Shown piece after piece: positions 62,118 through 64,000 of a stretch of DNA of 64,000 nucleotides (the first letter of the stretch is position 1; every line of letters starts with the position of its first letter). The notes under the pieces are model-generated. The model was not told the DNA's origin, did no database searches, and saw only the letters and a list, made by a program, of their open reading frames with translations. The translations under genes were made by a program, and so were the position numbers. Source of the DNA: an uncultured virus (IMG/VR IMGVR_UViG_3300009466_000002) (Duplodnaviria; Heunggongvirae; Uroviricota; Caudoviricetes); the IMG/VR virus record IMGVR_UViG_3300009466_000002. The stretch is one strand, 5' to 3'.

Positions 62118-62195
62118 GGAAATACATTAAAAGTTTGGGAGTGGTTCGCTCGGCGGAGCGGCGCCGGTAGCCTGGTGAAGCGGCCATAGCAGCGC

Positions 62196-62507
62196 ATGGT
62201 GGACCATCACATTGATGGGTCCGTCCTTTGCTCGAAGCGGTGCGCGAAGTTGCAATTTCGCCAGGGGATCTTGGATTCCTGGGGGTGCGCTTGCGCGTAT
62301 TGCGGAGCTCCGGCGGGCACGTTGGACCACGTCAAGGCAAAGCGGCGCGGTGGGTCGACGACAGCGCGGAACCTTGTGGCGGCGTGCTCGGGGTGTAATC
62401 GGGCCAAGGGCACGGACGACTGGGTTGCCTGGTTCCGGGATCAGGTGTTCTGGGATCCGGGGCGGGAGGCTGCGATCTGTGACTGGCTGGGGGCGCGGGC
62501 GGCCTGA
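62196..62507 (+). CDS. HNH endonuclease (small, Zn-binding)
   Basis: CAYCG...TLDHV.....GG.....NLVAAC..CN..KG. Confidence 0.9.
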   Translation: MVDHHIDGSVLCSKRCAKLQFRQGILDSWGCACAYCGAPAGTLDHVKAKRRGGSTTARNLVAACSGCNRAKGTDDWVAWFRDQVFWDPGREAAICDWLGARAA

Positions 62508-62521
62508 CGCGCTCGGGTCGA

Positions 62522-64000
62522 TCAGATGTGAGCGAAGAAGCTGGCGGTGTTGGGCGTCTCTGGGATGGCGTGGCAGGCGAAGGCCAGGGCCATGACGCAG
62601 TCGTCGTGGGCGCCGGAGGCGGCTTCGCGGTTGCCGGATTCCTTCTGCTGGAAGGCGCGGAGTTCGTCGCCAATGACGCCCGCAGGGAAGATCAGTTCGT
62701 CGTGCTCGAGCAGGAAGAGGATGCGGTCGGTTGCCACGACCTTGCTCGGGCGACTGGTGCTGAAGGTTTCGATAGCGTAGTTGGGTAAGACGGTGGCCAG
62801 CGCTTCGGCGATGACGGCGCCCATCGCTTGCTTCTCCACGATTACCCGCTGCGGAAGGTAATCCTCAATCAGGGCTTTTACATGGCGCAAGCTGTAGTCG
62901 GTGCTCTTGCCGTTCTCGTGATACATCCCTACGACTTCGTAGGGGCGCTCGGTGATGTCCAGGACGATCGCTGTGAAGTAGTCGTTGCCGCCGGCGTTGG
63001 GGTCGACGCCGATGACGTAGGTGCGGCCGATGGAGCCGCACTCGCGCCAGTGGCCGCGGGAGGCGCGGCGGACCAGGGCGGATGGGTAGATCTGGGTGTC
63101 GGTGGCGCCAAAGGCCAGCTCGTATTCGGAGTCCCATGCGGCCTGGGTCATCCGGCGCGACTCGCGGGTCGTCTTGGCCCAGTTCGGGTTGGCGCCGTAG
63201 ACGGGGTGCTGGGAGTAGTGGATCGCGACGCGGTTCCAGGAGTCGTTGACCTGGGCGAGGCGGGTGTTGAGCGCGCGGATGCGGCGGCCCTTGACGTAGT
63301 CGTACCAGTCGGGTGGGGTGCCTTGGTGCCAGAGCTGGCCGAACCAGTCGAGCTCGGTGTCGGGTGTCGAGGTGACGATGACCTTGGCGCGCTCGCCCAC
63401 CATGGACAACGTGGGCATGGCACCGCGGTAGATCTCGGCGGCACCGTCGAGGAAGGCGCCTTCGTCCATGAAGAGGACGGAGCAGCTGGGGATGCCGCGG
63501 GCGGCGCGGGGTGAGGCGGGCAGGAAATACAAAGTGCCTCGGCCTTCGATGGCGATCTGGGTGTTGGAGTCGGTGAGGTAGCGGATTGACTCGCCCTCGA
63601 TGGAGTTCGCCATGGCGCGCACGCGGCGGCCGAGCTCGGAGGCGTCTTGTTGGGTCTTCGAGAAGATCACTGCGGCGAAGCCGCGCTCGGTGAGGGCGCG
63701 GCAGAGCAGGTAGGAGCAGACCGTCTCGGAGGCGCCCATCTGGCGCGACTTGTTGATGATCGTGTTGGGGTGGGCGTTGATCGAGTTGACGAGGTCGATC
63801 TGGTAGGCGTACGGGTCGAAGGGGGCCACGGTGCCGGCCGTGCGGATCCAGGTGCGGCGGGCGAACGACGGCCAGTCCTCGACGCCCGGGAGCTTGGTGA
63901 CGCGGTGGGTGGGGTCGAAGTTGGCGGAGCGGGCTTTGCGTTTTGCCAGTTCGAGGCGGAGGCGGTCCGCCCGGCGTTGGAGCTGGGCGAGGGAGGCGGT
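62522..64000 (-). CDS. terL: terminase large subunit (5' end beyond or at the window edge)
   Basis: Walker A KSRQMGAS, Walker B LFMDE, motif III TSTP, nuclease IGVDP and HDD.VMALA; frame open to 64000. Confidence 0.95.
   Translation of the reverse strand, partial: TASLAQLQRRADRLRLELAKRKARSANFDPTHRVTKLPGVEDWPSFARRTWIRTAGTVAPFDPYAYQIDLVNSINAHPNTIINKSRQMGASETVCSYLLCRALTERGFAAVIFSKTQQDASELGRRVRAMANSIEGESIRYLTDSNTQIAIEGRGTLYFLPASPRAARGIPSCSVLFMDEGAFLDGAAEIYRGAMPTLSMVGERAKVIVTSTPDTELDWFGQLWHQGTPPDWYDYVKGRRIRALNTRLAQVNDSWNRVAIHYSQHPVYGANPNWAKTTRESRRMTQAAWDSEYELAFGATDTQIYPSALVRRASRGHWRECGSIGRTYVIGVDPNAGGNDYFTAIVLDITERPYEVVGMYHENGKSTDYSLRHVKALIEDYLPQRVIVEKQAMGAVIAEALATVLPNYAIETFSTSRPSKVVATDRILFLLEHDELIFPAGVIGDELRAFQQKESGNREAASGAHDDCVMALAFACHAIPETPNTASFFAHI

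Overview
The window is a ~64 kb part of a GC-rich temperate siphovirus. The host is almost certainly a picocyanobacterium (Synechococcus/Cyanobium type), judged from a cyanobacterial-type sigma factor, cyAbrB, an NblA-like ORF and an attP core matching the 3' half of a cyanobacterial tRNA-Pro(GGG). The att site is flanked by phage genes on both sides, so this is the non-integrated form. Layout: (1) 1-6278, a leftward cluster of small early genes (DUF932, Cys-rich Gp88/DUF7227-like, RHH). (2) 6279-7189, a ~900 bp non-coding region with tandem sigma70-like promoters and a densely base-paired ~570 nt leader or ncRNA. (3) 7190-15371, leftward sigma factor, ThyX, dNMP kinase, exonuclease, SSB, regulators and two free-standing HNH homing endonucleases. 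(4) 15607-22675, rightward primase-helicase, Pol A, cyAbrB and antirepressor. (5) Xis/Int/attP and a dual-domain endolysin. (6) 25697-64000, a leftward morphogenesis operon: TerL, DUF1073 portal, MuF, DUF2213, cement, DUF2184 capsid, neck, tail tube, G/GT chaperones with a lambda-type GGGAAAG frameshift, tape measure, tip and fibres. The most unusual signals are a set of modular head-operon proteins built from R-x-D-delimited units that each begin with a Cys knuckle and a hydrophobic helix (a candidate protease-matured injected cargo system), the large structured early leader RNA, recoded tracts beside the homing endonucleases, a circularly permuted M23 domain in the tape measure, and an NblA-like gene. 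All family assignments are by eye from motifs; no searches were run.
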